Positions 27,632-37,109 are shown, counted from the first letter of the stretch. The stretch is 64,000 nucleotides of DNA from Parcubacteria group bacterium (GCA_012514175.1 JAAZAU010000009.1:32283-96282); one strand, 5' to 3'. Numbers and translations: made by a program. Notes: generated from the sequence alone by a model not told the origin.

Positions 27632-27940
27632 ATGAAGTTATTTTTATCAAAACTAAATAGTAAAGAAAGTCTACCTTCTTTGAAGTCCCTAAGGCCGAAA
27701 ATTTTTGATATTGATAAATCTTGGTTTATGGGTTTGGGTTTGTGTTTCTTAATTTTGTTTGTAGCTGCTTTTATAGGGTTTAAAATTTTTTATAATCAAT
27801 ATTTTGAAACTTATAAAAATGTTAAATCATCAGAAAGTTATGACAACATTATAAACGTTTCTAGGCTTGATAACGTTGTAAACAAAAGACTATATTTTAT
27901 AAATCGGGAGACGGTTTCTCTAGAAGATCCTTCGTTGTAG
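27632..27940 (+). CDS. Small membrane protein (102 aa), possibly additional pilus assembly component
   Basis: Single TM helix (FMGLGLCFLILFVAAFIGFKIF). Starts 2 bp after the previous stop. Confidence 0.35.
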   Translation: MKLFLSKLNSKESLPSLKSLRPKIFDIDKSWFMGLGLCFLILFVAAFIGFKIFYNQYFETYKNVKSSESYDNIINVSRLDNVVNKRLYFINRETVSLEDPSL

Positions 27941-28062
27941 TTACATCATTTAATATAAAAGTTGGCAGAAAAAGGGTTTTCTGGTAAACTCGTTTTATTA
28001 TTTATTTTGCCTTTATTTTGGCCAATAAGGTGGTCTGAATTTAGGATAGTATTATTACAAAT

Positions 28063-30114
28063 ATGATAGGAACAATTTTTGTTATAAGTATACTAGGTAT
28101 AGTCACTGCTTATTTTTTAGCTAGAAGTGTCTTGAAATTGCCTACTGGCACTGAAAAAATGCGCAATGTTGCTCGCGCCATTCAGGAAGGCGCAGAAGCT
28201 TTTCTTAAAAGACAATACACAACCATTACCATTTTGTCTGTATCTTTGGCAGTTTTGATTTTTTTGGTTTATTACTTCATTGGTAATGTTGATCTTGGTT
28301 GGAAGACTTCTTTTTCTTTTATTTTGGGAGCTTTTGCTTCAGGGCTTGCGGGTTATATTGGTATGTATGTTTCTGTTAGAGCTAATATTCGCACTGCAGC
28401 AGCGGCAGAAACAAGTTTAAACAAAGCTCTTAGAACCGCTCTTAGAGGGGGTGCAGTTTCTGGTATTTTAGTGGTTGCTCTGTCTCTTTTGGGTGTGGCT
28501 GGTCTTTTTGTTTTGTTTGATGGTTTGAATAATCCTTTGCTTGTTCCGCTTGAAATTGTCGGCTTTGGTTTTGGTGCAAGCTTCGTGGCTCTTTTTGCTC
28601 AACTTGGAGGTGGTATTTATACCAAAGCAGCTGACGTTGGCGCTGATTTAGTAGGAAAAGTGGAAGCTGGAATTCCCGAAGACGATCCTCGTAACCCAGC
28701 TGTTATTGCGGATTTGGTTGGGGATAACGTTGGCGATTGTGCTGGTCGTGGCGCAGATTTGTTTGAATCTACCGCGGCGGAAAATATTGGCGCTATGATT
28801 TTGGGTATCGCACTTTTTCCAGTCTTTGGAATTTCCGGTATTATTTTCCCGCTTGTGGCTAGAGCTTTTGGACTCATTGCTTCTGTTATAGGTATTTTCT
28901 CAGTAAAGGCTAAAGAAGATGAAGACCCTATGAAAGCTCTCAATCGTGGGTATTATTTAACTACAGCTTTGGCTATTCTCGGACTCTTTGGCGCTACTTA
29001 TTATCTCTTACATGATCATTGGTTGTATTTGTTCTTAGCGGGAGTTGTTGGTGTTATCACTAGTCAAATATTCGTATTTCTTACTCAGTATTATACTGAA
29101 TATAAATATCGTCCAGTGAAAGATATTGCTGAAGCGAGCCAGACTGGGCCAGCTACCAACATTATTACCGGTTTTGCTGTTGGGCTTGAGTCTTCAGCTT
29201 TACCGATAATAGTTATTTCAGCTGCGCTTGCTGGTTCTTATTACTTGGGGAAATTAACCGGTATTGATGGTGGGGGACTTTATGGAACTGCTGTAGCCAC
29301 TATGGGTATGCTTGCCACCGCTGCTTATATTTTAGCTATGGATAATTTTGGTCCAATTACTGATAACGCTGGAGGGATAGCAGAGATGTCTGAATCCTCA
29401 AAAGAGGTGAGAGAAAAAACCGATAGACTAGACGCCGTTGGAAACACCACTAAAGCTTTGACTAAAGGATACGCTGTTGGTTCCGCAGCTTTAGCTGCAT
29501 TCTTGCTTTTCTCCGCTTATTTACAAGATGCTCATTTAACTTCTGTTGATTTGGCAAAACCAATGGTCTTTATTGGAGGTCTCTTAGGGGCAATGCTCAT
29601 CTTTTGGTTCTCGGCTTTGGCTATTAAAGCTGTGGGCAAAGCTGCTTACTATATTATTAATGATGTTCGGGCCCAGTTTAAAGAAAATCCAGGTATTATG
29701 GCTGGCACTTCAAAACCAGATTATGGTCGCTGTGTTGACATTGCTACTCGCGGAGCACTCAAGCAAATGATTTTACCTGGCGTTATTACTGTCGCTACTC
29801 CGGTTGTGGTGGGCTTTATCTTTGGTCCGGAAGCAGTTGGAGCCACTTTAATGGTTGGAACTATTGCGGGTGTTATTTTGGCTTTGGTGTTAAATACTGG
29901 AGGAGGTGCATGGGATAACGCAAAGAAATATGTTGAAACTGGCGCATTTGGAGGCAAAGGTTCTGATACTCATAAAGCTGCTGTGGTAGGTGACACCGTT
30001 GGCGATCCATTCAAGGATACAGCTGGACCTTCGCTTCATGTTCTTATAAAACTGCTTTCAACTTTGACTCTTGTTTTAGCTCCAATGTTTCTTGCTTGGA
30101 ACTTACTCGGATAA
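28063..30114 (+). CDS. hppA: Membrane-bound proton/sodium-translocating pyrophosphatase (V-type H+-PPase)
   Basis: Multi-TM 683-aa protein with H+-PPase signatures (GGIYTKAADVGADLVGKVE, DNVGDCAGRGADLFES, GDTVGDPFKDTAGPS). Confidence 0.85.
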   Translation: MIGTIFVISILGIVTAYFLARSVLKLPTGTEKMRNVARAIQEGAEAFLKRQYTTITILSVSLAVLIFLVYYFIGNVDLGWKTSFSFILGAFASGLAGYIGMYVSVRANIRTAAAAETSLNKALRTALRGGAVSGILVVALSLLGVAGLFVLFDGLNNPLLVPLEIVGFGFGASFVALFAQLGGGIYTKAADVGADLVGKVEAGIPEDDPRNPAVIADLVGDNVGDCAGRGADLFESTAAENIGAMILGIALFPVFGISGIIFPLVARAFGLIASVIGIFSVKAKEDEDPMKALNRGYYLTTALAILGLFGATYYLLHDHWLYLFLAGVVGVITSQIFVFLTQYYTEYKYRPVKDIAEASQTGPATNIITGFAVGLESSALPIIVISAALAGSYYLGKLTGIDGGGLYGTAVATMGMLATAAYILAMDNFGPITDNAGGIAEMSESSKEVREKTDRLDAVGNTTKALTKGYAVGSAALAAFLLFSAYLQDAHLTSVDLAKPMVFIGGLLGAMLIFWFSALAIKAVGKAAYYIINDVRAQFKENPGIMAGTSKPDYGRCVDIATRGALKQMILPGVITVATPVVVGFIFGPEAVGATLMVGTIAGVILALVLNTGGGAWDNAKKYVETGAFGGKGSDTHKAAVVGDTVGDPFKDTAGPSLHVLIKLLSTLTLVLAPMFLAWNLLG

Positions 30115-30159
30115 ATTAAAAACTTTATCAATAAAAAATCCCGACTAGTCGGGATTTTT
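30109..30159 (+). repeat. 51-bp direct repeat X, left copy (contains hppA stop + terminator hairpin)
   Basis: ggataaattaaaaactttatcaataaaaaatcccgactagtcgggattttt is identical to 32558-32608. It contains the terminator hairpin TCCCGACTA/GTCGGGA plus a T-run. Confidence 0.85.
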
Positions 30160-30225
30160 TATCTTTAAACAAGAAAAGGATTTATGTTTCAATTGAGTCT
30201 AACAAAGCTTTTTGCAAAGCTTTAC
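30148..30225 (+). repeat. ~78-bp direct repeat Y, left copy
   Basis: cgggattttttatctttaaacaagaaaaggatttatgtttcaattgagtctaacaaagctttttgcaaagctt matches 31564-31640 with 1 mismatch. Confidence 0.8.
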
Positions 30226-30300
30226 CACCTCTTTCTTTTGAGGTGTCTGCAATAATGTAGCTTTCTGTTCCTGCAATTTCTAGATTGTTTATGATACACT
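30182..30300 (-). pseudogene. Gene remnant: C-terminal ~40 codons paralogous to the 3' end of ORF 31595-31888, no start codon
   Basis: The reverse-strand frame reads ...IIADTSKERGGKALQKALLDSIET*. Its last 12 aa and 3' UTR are identical to the 97-aa minus-strand ORF downstream. An in-frame stop upstream comes before any ATG. Confidence 0.4.
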
Positions 30301-30337
30301 TAATTAAGTTTTTTATAAATTATAAATTAATATTTTT

Positions 30338-30685
30338 ATGCAGAATCAAGAGTTACATAATTTTTTGTTTAAGCTGTACGACTTTACAGACCACGTAGCA
30401 GACGAAGCTGAGTCTGACCCCTCTCAGGAGAGTGTTAGAATTCTGACATTGATTTTTATAGAGCAATACTTTGACAGTATAGGTCGGGGTGAAATTAGCC
30501 AAGCGGCAAGAGAAAGTGGTGCTGATGCACAACAAGCACTTTCTGAAGCTCATAAAAGAATTGATGAATTGCGAAGTCGAATAAAATCACTTGTCACAAC
30601 AATTGAAAACACTGAACATCTAGAAAAGTGCGCCAGAGAGACGGTGGCTCAGTGGCTTAAAAAGAATGAAGCGTATGGCAAGTAA
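30338..30685 (+). CDS. Hypothetical protein (115 aa) in repeat-bounded islet
   Basis: ORF with an AT-rich upstream region. No recognisable motif. Confidence 0.45.
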   Translation: MQNQELHNFLFKLYDFTDHVADEAESDPSQESVRILTLIFIEQYFDSIGRGEISQAARESGADAQQALSEAHKRIDELRSRIKSLVTTIENTEHLEKCARETVAQWLKKNEAYGK

Positions 30686-31394
30686 TGATGGTGATCGAGA
30701 ATTTAAATTAATAAGTCTTGTTGATGCTGATAAAGAATTTGAATTGATAAGTTTTGTCGATCTTGTTAAACATACCCTTCTAGATATGTTTGAATTCAGT
30801 GCACACTCATTGGAAAGTGTTCAAGGTCCTTACTACTGGAATGGTCTCGGGTTTGATTTTATGACTCCAGTACCAATTAAGGAAATTTTGAAGCATGCCA
30901 AGCAAGAAGGTGTTAAGAAGGTGTTTCTTGCTCACACCCACCCTTTATCAAATGACGATGTATGTAAGTTTCTAAATACAAAAGTTGATCCTCGTGAGGA
31001 AATGGCGCTTGGTTATAGGGCGCTACCTTTAGGAAATAAACCTTCATCGGATGATGTTTTATTTCTTAGTAAATTTCAGAAAGATTTTGAAGACGCTGGC
31101 ATAGAGGTGTTTGGTGTTGTGTTTTCTGCAACGGGATTGTGGGAATTTGGTATAGCCGACACCCTAAACTTCAACTTAGATAAATTTGTGGAAGCGTATG
31201 ATATCACTTTCCCAATTAAAAATAGTGAATTTTTTAAAGAACTTTCTGCTAAAGACGCTTTCCCTAACTATTTTATGGAATTACAGAAGCCAAAGATGAG
31301 AGGTAACTCATACCAGATACAACTTGACGATAAACAAGACGTTGTCCCCACAGACTACAGTGAAGATATTGAGTCAATTGTAAAATTCTTTTAG
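30666..31394 (+). CDS. RadC-like / JAB (MPN) domain protein
   Basis: VFLAHTHPLSNDDV resembles the RadC/DUF2466 JAB motif (LAHNHPSG..PS..D). 242 aa. Overlaps the upstream ORF by 20 bp. Confidence 0.4.
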   Translation: MKRMASNDGDREFKLISLVDADKEFELISFVDLVKHTLLDMFEFSAHSLESVQGPYYWNGLGFDFMTPVPIKEILKHAKQEGVKKVFLAHTHPLSNDDVCKFLNTKVDPREEMALGYRALPLGNKPSSDDVLFLSKFQKDFEDAGIEVFGVVFSATGLWEFGIADTLNFNLDKFVEAYDITFPIKNSEFFKELSAKDAFPNYFMELQKPKMRGNSYQIQLDDKQDVVPTDYSEDIESIVKFF

Positions 31395-31563
31395 CAAGAA
31401 CGGTGTCAGGCTTAAATTTTATCCGTATTCAAACTTTAATATTGATTCACAACAAATCATGGCTGAGACTATTGATCAATGGTCGAGCCAGTTCGCAACT
31501 TAGAAAACAAACTCCACGATTTTACCAGCTGCTACATAGATAATGTTGGTGTTGTTATATTTC

Positions 31564-31640
31564 GGGATTTTTTATTTTTAAACAAGAAAAGGATTTATGT
31601 TTCAATTGAGTCTAACAAAGCTTTTTGCAAAGCTTCATCA
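31564..31640 (+). repeat. Direct repeat Y, right copy (overlaps 3' end of minus-strand ORF 31595-31888)
   Basis: See the left copy 30148-30225. Confidence 0.8.
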
Positions 31641-31888
31641 ACCATTTTGTTTGCCTTTGCCTTCTGTTTTTTTTCGAGTTCCACCCAAGCACTGTTTTGT
31701 TGCTCATCAAAATTTTTTAGAAGCTCATTTAAAGTGACCAGTTCAAGAGTTTCTCTTTCTAATGAGCTAATGATCTGATCTAACTGGCTTTCTGTTATTT
31801 TGTCCATATTTTCAATAACAGTATTTTTGATCTCTTCATCTAACGGTGATTGAGCTAGAAGAGTTCCACTATAAAAGAAAAACCCCAC
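31595..31888 (-). CDS. Hypothetical small acidic helical protein (97 aa)
   Basis: ORF ending ...EALQKALLDSIET. Its 3' end lies in repeat Y. Confidence 0.45.
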   Translation of the reverse strand: MGFFFYSGTLLAQSPLDEEIKNTVIENMDKITESQLDQIISSLERETLELVTLNELLKNFDEQQNSAWVELEKKQKAKANKMVDEALQKALLDSIET

Positions 31889-31941
31889 ACCAATGAAAGC
31901 TTAAAGCTTTTTCGGTGTGGGGTTTTAGGTTTGAGTGGTGA

Positions 31942-32400
31942 CTACCTTTTTACTGCCTCATACTGCTCAAAAGTAGCAGTCATGGTGTCAAGGAAGTCAA
32001 TCAAAGCCTTGGGTCCATTAGCCGATACGGCTTTGGATCTAAGCTTTGCGAGTTCATCGACGCTCTGCTGAGATACGAAAATGTTTTTCTGGATCAGAAA
32101 CATTTCGTATTCAAAAAGACTTTTTAAAAACTTAAGAGTTTCTGAAAGATTTTCGGTCGCCACATCAGCCAAAGTCAGACCAAAATCGGTGAGCGTCGCG
32201 TCGAGATCGTAAAGGGCAAGACCTCCTTTTCCGGTATTCAACGCCTCAATCATTGACTTCTGTGGTTTTGAGACGTAGTGTGACATGAACCAAGTGTCAC
32301 CAATTTTTGTTAGGGCGCTGGGTCGGCCACCAATTTCATTGTGACTGCCTAAAATAATTGAGCCCTTACCAGTGAAAGACGTGGGTTTTGGGATAGACAC
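31942..32400 (-). CDS. Hypothetical protein (152 aa)
   Basis: ORF with moderate coding potential. No recognisable motif. Confidence 0.45.
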   Translation of the reverse strand: MSIPKPTSFTGKGSIILGSHNEIGGRPSALTKIGDTWFMSHYVSKPQKSMIEALNTGKGGLALYDLDATLTDFGLTLADVATENLSETLKFLKSLFEYEMFLIQKNIFVSQQSVDELAKLRSKAVSANGPKALIDFLDTMTATFEQYEAVKR

Positions 32401-32557
32401 GCAATTTCTCCTTTCTTTTTAAATTAGATAAAAACTTAACTTCTGTCAGTCCACCAACACAGCGTTGATGAACTAAGTCCAGATCTACCAACATTAGAGC
32501 AAATCTGTGTAATTTGTCAACCCATTGTAATGGTTCTGTGCTGGGTTATGAAGTGTT

Positions 32558-32608
32558 GGATAAATTAAAAACTTTATCAATAAAAAATCCCGACTAGTCG
32601 GGATTTTT
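32558..32608 (+). repeat. 51-bp direct repeat X, right copy (terminator-like hairpin abutting tRNA-Arg 3' end)
   Basis: Identical to 30109-30159. Confidence 0.85.
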
Positions 32609-32611
32609 GTT

Positions 32612-32686
32612 TGGTGCCCCTGCTAGGAATCGAACCTAGATTTAGAGATTAGAAGTCTCTTGTTCTATCCATTGAACTACAAGGGC
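32612..32686 (-). tRNA. tRNA-Arg (anticodon UCU), CCA encoded
   Basis: The reverse complement GCCCTTG TA GTTCAATGGATAGAAC...AGAGA CTTCTAA TCTCT...AGGTTCGATTCCT..CAGGGGC A CCA folds as a cloverleaf. Confidence 0.75.
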
Positions 32687-32690
32687 ATAG

Positions 32691-32763
32691 TGCGCGATAC
32701 AGGACTTGAACCTATGACCTTCCCGGTGTAAACGGGTTGCTCTACCAACTGAGCTAATCGCGC
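32691..32763 (-). tRNA. tRNA-Val (anticodon UAC)
   Basis: The reverse complement is GCGCGAT TA GCTCAGTTGGTAGAGC A ACCCG TTTACAC CGGGA AGGTC ATAGGTTCAAGTCCTGT ATCGCGC A. Confidence 0.75.
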
Positions 32764-32817
32764 GATGATTTACAACAAGGACTATACCATATTATTTTTT
32801 TATGAGATAGTGTTGGT

Positions 32818-33585
32818 ATGGAAATAAACGTTTTATACGAAGATAATTATATTTTAGCACTAAATAAGCCGAGTGGGCTTTTGGTGCATAGTGATGGTAG
32901 AAACAAAGAGAAAAATTTGTCTGATTGGATAAACGAAAATTATCCGAAATTGAAAGAAGTTGGAGAGGAGCAAATTTTGCAAAATGGTGAGATTATAAAA
33001 AGGCCAGGAATTGTGCATCGTTTGGACAAAGATACAAGTGGAGTGATTGTTGTGGCTAAAACCAAAGAATCTTACAAATTTCTTAAAAAACAATTTCAAA
33101 ACAGGGAAGTTCAAAAAATCTATCACGCTGTGGTGTGGGGTAAATTTTTAGAGGACAAAATGGAGGGGGTGATAGAAAAACCCATTGGTCGGAGCGCTAG
33201 TGATTTTAGAAAATGGTCAGCAGAATTTGGTGCAAAAGGTGAACTTCGGGAAGCGGTAACGGAATATAAAGTTCTTGCTCAACGAAGTTTTAGGGGAGAT
33301 AAATCGGGACAAAATAAAGAATTTGCTTATGTTGAAGTGAAGCCAAAAACCGGAAGAACTCATCAGATTAGGGTGCATCTGAAATCCATTTCGCACCCTG
33401 TGGTTTGTGACAAACTTTACTCATCTAAAAAATGTATTCCAGATGAATGTTTAGGATTTAGCCGATTGGCTTTGCATGCGCTTTCTGTAAAACTTAAACT
33501 TCCAAATGACACTTCTATTACTGTAGAATCTTCTTTACCAAAAGAATTTGAAGAAGCAAAGATTATTTTGTCTCAATCTAAATAA
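32818..33585 (+). CDS. RluA-family 23S/tRNA pseudouridine synthase
   Basis: Catalytic HRLDKDTSGVIVVAKT motif and the N-terminal LNKPSGLLVH block. Confidence 0.8.
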   Translation: MEINVLYEDNYILALNKPSGLLVHSDGRNKEKNLSDWINENYPKLKEVGEEQILQNGEIIKRPGIVHRLDKDTSGVIVVAKTKESYKFLKKQFQNREVQKIYHAVVWGKFLEDKMEGVIEKPIGRSASDFRKWSAEFGAKGELREAVTEYKVLAQRSFRGDKSGQNKEFAYVEVKPKTGRTHQIRVHLKSISHPVVCDKLYSSKKCIPDECLGFSRLALHALSVKLKLPNDTSITVESSLPKEFEEAKIILSQSK

Positions 33586-33638
33586 ATTAAAACTTCAGTT
33601 TTTTGAAAAAAGCTCTAAATGGTGATATATTTTTGATT

Positions 33639-36600
33639 ATGGCAGAAGAAAAAACTAATAAATCTCGGATTGCTGAAAAAGAAGAAGAGATACTTAAGTT
33701 TTGGCAAGATAACAAAATTTTTGAAAAAAGTTTAGAAAAACCAGCACCAAATGGCGATTTTGTTTTTTATGATGGACCTCCTTTTGCAACAGGTTTGCCT
33801 CATTATGGACATATTTTACCCGGAACTATTAAAGATGTAATTCCGCGTTTTGAGACAATGCGTGGCAAGAAAGTGGTTCGTAAGTGGGGTTGGGATTGTC
33901 ACGGTCTTCCGGTAGAAAATTTGATTGAAAAAGAGCTTGGGCTTTCTTCAAAAAAAGATATTGAAACTTATGGTATTAAAAAGTTTAATGAAGCGGCGCG
34001 CAATTCAGTGATGCGTTATGCGGATGATTGGAAAAAAATTATTCCTAGAGTGGGTAGGTGGGTGGATATGGAAAACGATTACAAAACCATGGATACTACT
34101 TATACCGAATCGGTCTGGTGGGCTTTCAAGAATTTATTTAATAAAGGTTTGGTCTACAAAAGTTTTAAAGCAATGCATCTTTGCCCACATTGTGAGACCA
34201 CACTTTCTAATTTTGAGGTGAACCAGGGTTATAAAGACATTACCGATATTTCGGTTTATGTGAAGTTTAAAGTGGTGGGTGAAGAAAATACATATTTTCT
34301 AGCTTGGACCACTACACCATGGACTCTTCCCGGAAATGTTGCTTTGGCAGTAAATAAAGAAGTTGAATACGTTAAAGTGAAAAAAGATGGGCTATTTTTG
34401 ATAATAGCTAAAGAGTTAGCGGAGAAAGTTTTGAAAGACAATTTTGAAATTGTGGAAGCTTTCCTGGGGAAAAATATTATAAACAAAAAATACGAACCTC
34501 TATTTTCTTATTATAACAATGAGAAATTAGAAAATAGAGAAAAAGGTTTTAAAGTTTATCATGGAGATTTTGTGACCACCGAAGATGGCACTGGTATAGT
34601 GCATATTGCGCCAGCTTTTGGTGAAGATGATATGAATTTGGGCAAACAAGAAAATTTACCATTCATTCAGCACGTAAACATAGACGGGACTTTCAAAAAA
34701 GAAGTAACAGATTTTGCGGGAGAAAAAGTCAAACCCAAAGACGATCATCAAAAAGCTGACGTGGAAATTATAAAATTTTTAGCTAAAGCGGGCACACTTT
34801 TTGAAAAAGAAAAAATGATTCACTCGTATCCACATTGTTGGCGTTGCGAGACTCCGCTTTTGAATTACGCTACCACTTCTTGGTTCGTGAAAGTGACGGA
34901 TTTGAAAGACAAGCTTATTAAAATAAATGAAAAGATTTCCTGGGCTCCAGAAGATATAGGTCAAGGTCGTTTTGGTAAATGGCTTGAAGGTGCGAGAGAT
35001 TGGGCGATTTCTCGTTCACGTTACTGGGGAGCGCCTTTGCCGGTTTGGCAAAATGAAAAAGGCGATCCTACTGTTATTGGCAGTATTGAAGATTTGAAAA
35101 AATATCTTCCTCAAAGCGGAAACAAATACTTTTTAATGCGTCATGGTCAATCAGTTTCAAATACAAAGCGCCAGATTAGTGTTTTTGCTTCTGGAAATGA
35201 TCCACTTACAGAAAAGGGGAGAGAACAAACCATAAAAGCTGCTAAAGATTTAAAAAAAGACAGGATAGATGTAATTATTACCTCTCCATTTATGAGAACT
35301 AAACAGACAGCGGAAATAGTCGGAGAGGAAATAGGTTTCCAAGGTAAAATAGAAGAAGATGCTAGATTGGAAGAATTAAAAATTCCGGGTTGGCACGGTA
35401 GGAAATGGGGTGAGTTTCAGAGTAAATTTTCTAATAAAGAACGTTTTGAAATGCGTTTAGAAGATTCAGAAAACTGGGAAGATGTTCGCAGACGAATTTC
35501 TGAATTTATGTTTGAGATTGATAAAAAATATCAAAATAAAAATATTTTACTTGTAAGTCATGGTGGTTCGTTAGCTCTATTGTTGTATGCTTCTCGAGGT
35601 TTGTCGGTTAAACAAATGATGAATGTTAAGCAAGATGGTTTATTTAAAAACGCAGAAGTAAAGAAAGTTGATTGGTGGCAATTTCCACATAATGAAAATT
35701 TTGAAATAGATTTACACAGACCCTATATTGATGAAATAAAATTAATAAACGAAAAAGGTGAACCTCTAAAAAGAGTTCAAGAAGTTTTTGATTGTTGGTT
35801 TGAGTCTGGTTCAATGCCTTATGCGCAATTTCATTATCCGTTTGAAAATAAAAAATCTTTTGAAAAGAAAAATTTTCCTGCGGAATTTATCGCTGAAGGT
35901 TTAGACCAAACCAGAGGGTGGTTTTATACACTCTTAGTTTTAAGTGTGGGGCTTTTCAAAAAGAGTCCTTTTAAGAGTGTGGTGGTAAACGGTATGGTTT
36001 TGGCCGAAGATGGTCGCAAGATGTCCAAAATGTTGAAAAATTACCCAGAGATTTCTTACATTGTAGATAAGTATGGTGCTGATAGTTTGCGCTACTACCT
36101 TATGTCTTCTCCAGCGGTAAAAGCTGAAGATTTAAATTTTTCTGAAAAAGGAGTAGATGAGGTTTCTAAAAAAATTATTTTGAAACTTGAAAATGTGCTT
36201 TCTTTTTATGAAATGTATGCCGATAAAGACGCGATCAATAAAATAAAAAGAGAAAATCCTGAACACATCTTGGACAAATGGATTTTAGCAAGATTTGGTG
36301 AGCTTCAAAAAAATATAACAGAATCACTTGAGGCACGTCGTATTGATAGTGCTTCAAGGCCGATTTTAGGTTTTATTGATGATTTTTCTACTTGGTATAT
36401 TCGGCGCTCTAGAGACAGATTTAAATCCGAAAATCTAGAAGACAAGAATAACGCTTTAGTTAACACAAGATTTATTTTGGTGGAGTTGGCTAAGTGTATG
36501 GCGCCTTTTATGCCGTTTTTCGCAGAATCAATATATTTAAGATTAAGAACAGAAGAAGATCTTGAAAGTGTGCATCTTTGTGATTGGCCTAAAGAATTAA

Positions 36601-37097
36601 AAGTTGACAAGGGGATATTGAAAAATATGGAAGAAGTTAGAAAGGTTGTTTCTTTAGCATTAGAAAAAAGAATGACTGCTAACATAAAAGTTAGACAACC
36701 TTTAAACGAGTTGAGTATCAAGAATTTTGAATTAAAAGGCAAAGAAGAATATTTAGAACTTATTAAGGATGAGGTGAATATAAAAAATATTTCTTTTGAT
36801 GAAAAATTGGAAACAGAAGTTTTACTTGATACTGAAATAACTCCTGGGCTACAAAAAGAGGGAAATGTCAGAGAGTTTGTAAGAGCTGTTCAAGAACTTC
36901 GTAAGAACAAAAATTTGAAACCTCAAGATAGCATAAAACTTTTAGTTGAGACAAATGAACTGGGTAAGGAGTTTTTGAGAAGTGTTGAAAATGAAATTGT
37001 AAAACCCACAAATATTTCTGAAATTGTATTTGAGAATACTGAAGGGGAAGAAATTAAAATCGGTAATTTAGAGTTTAAAGTAAAAATTGAAAATTAA
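33639..37097 (+). CDS. ileS: Isoleucyl-tRNA synthetase (eukaryote-like/type 2) carrying an internal ~200-aa histidine-phosphatase (PGAM-like) domain insertion
   Basis: HIGH region PPFATGLPHYGHIL, editing-domain blocks, FDCWFESGSMPYAQ and KMSKML. Residues ~505-700 (nt ~35115-35703) read YFLMRHGQSVSN...ITSPFMRTKQTAE...LVSHGGSLALL, which are RHG and SHG histidine-phosphatase signatures. This segment lies between IGSIEDLKK and DLHRPYIDEI, which are normally ~15 aa apart. Confidence 0.85.
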   Translation: MAEEKTNKSRIAEKEEEILKFWQDNKIFEKSLEKPAPNGDFVFYDGPPFATGLPHYGHILPGTIKDVIPRFETMRGKKVVRKWGWDCHGLPVENLIEKELGLSSKKDIETYGIKKFNEAARNSVMRYADDWKKIIPRVGRWVDMENDYKTMDTTYTESVWWAFKNLFNKGLVYKSFKAMHLCPHCETTLSNFEVNQGYKDITDISVYVKFKVVGEENTYFLAWTTTPWTLPGNVALAVNKEVEYVKVKKDGLFLIIAKELAEKVLKDNFEIVEAFLGKNIINKKYEPLFSYYNNEKLENREKGFKVYHGDFVTTEDGTGIVHIAPAFGEDDMNLGKQENLPFIQHVNIDGTFKKEVTDFAGEKVKPKDDHQKADVEIIKFLAKAGTLFEKEKMIHSYPHCWRCETPLLNYATTSWFVKVTDLKDKLIKINEKISWAPEDIGQGRFGKWLEGARDWAISRSRYWGAPLPVWQNEKGDPTVIGSIEDLKKYLPQSGNKYFLMRHGQSVSNTKRQISVFASGNDPLTEKGREQTIKAAKDLKKDRIDVIITSPFMRTKQTAEIVGEEIGFQGKIEEDARLEELKIPGWHGRKWGEFQSKFSNKERFEMRLEDSENWEDVRRRISEFMFEIDKKYQNKNILLVSHGGSLALLLYASRGLSVKQMMNVKQDGLFKNAEVKKVDWWQFPHNENFEIDLHRPYIDEIKLINEKGEPLKRVQEVFDCWFESGSMPYAQFHYPFENKKSFEKKNFPAEFIAEGLDQTRGWFYTLLVLSVGLFKKSPFKSVVVNGMVLAEDGRKMSKMLKNYPEISYIVDKYGADSLRYYLMSSPAVKAEDLNFSEKGVDEVSKKIILKLENVLSFYEMYADKDAINKIKRENPEHILDKWILARFGELQKNITESLEARRIDSASRPILGFIDDFSTWYIRRSRDRFKSENLEDKNNALVNTRFILVELAKCMAPFMPFFAESIYLRLRTEEDLESVHLCDWPKELKVDKGILKNMEEVRKVVSLALEKRMTANIKVRQPLNELSIKNFELKGKEEYLELIKDEVNIKNISFDEKLETEVLLDTEITPGLQKEGNVREFVRAVQELRKNKNLKPQDSIKLLVETNELGKEFLRSVENEIVKPTNISEIVFENTEGEEIKIGNLEFKVKIEN

Positions 37098-37109
37098 AAA
37101 TTTATTAAC

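Noticed and set aside
30109-32608. Integrase/recombinase or excisionase gene expected for an integrated element
   Set aside because: None of the four small ORFs shows tyrosine or serine recombinase motifs. The element is therefore described only as a repeat-bounded islet.
35115-35703. Intein in IleRS
   Set aside because: The inserted segment has histidine-phosphatase motifs (RHG, SHG). It lacks intein blocks (N-terminal Cys/Ser, C-terminal HN + Cys/Ser/Thr) and homing-endonuclease motifs.
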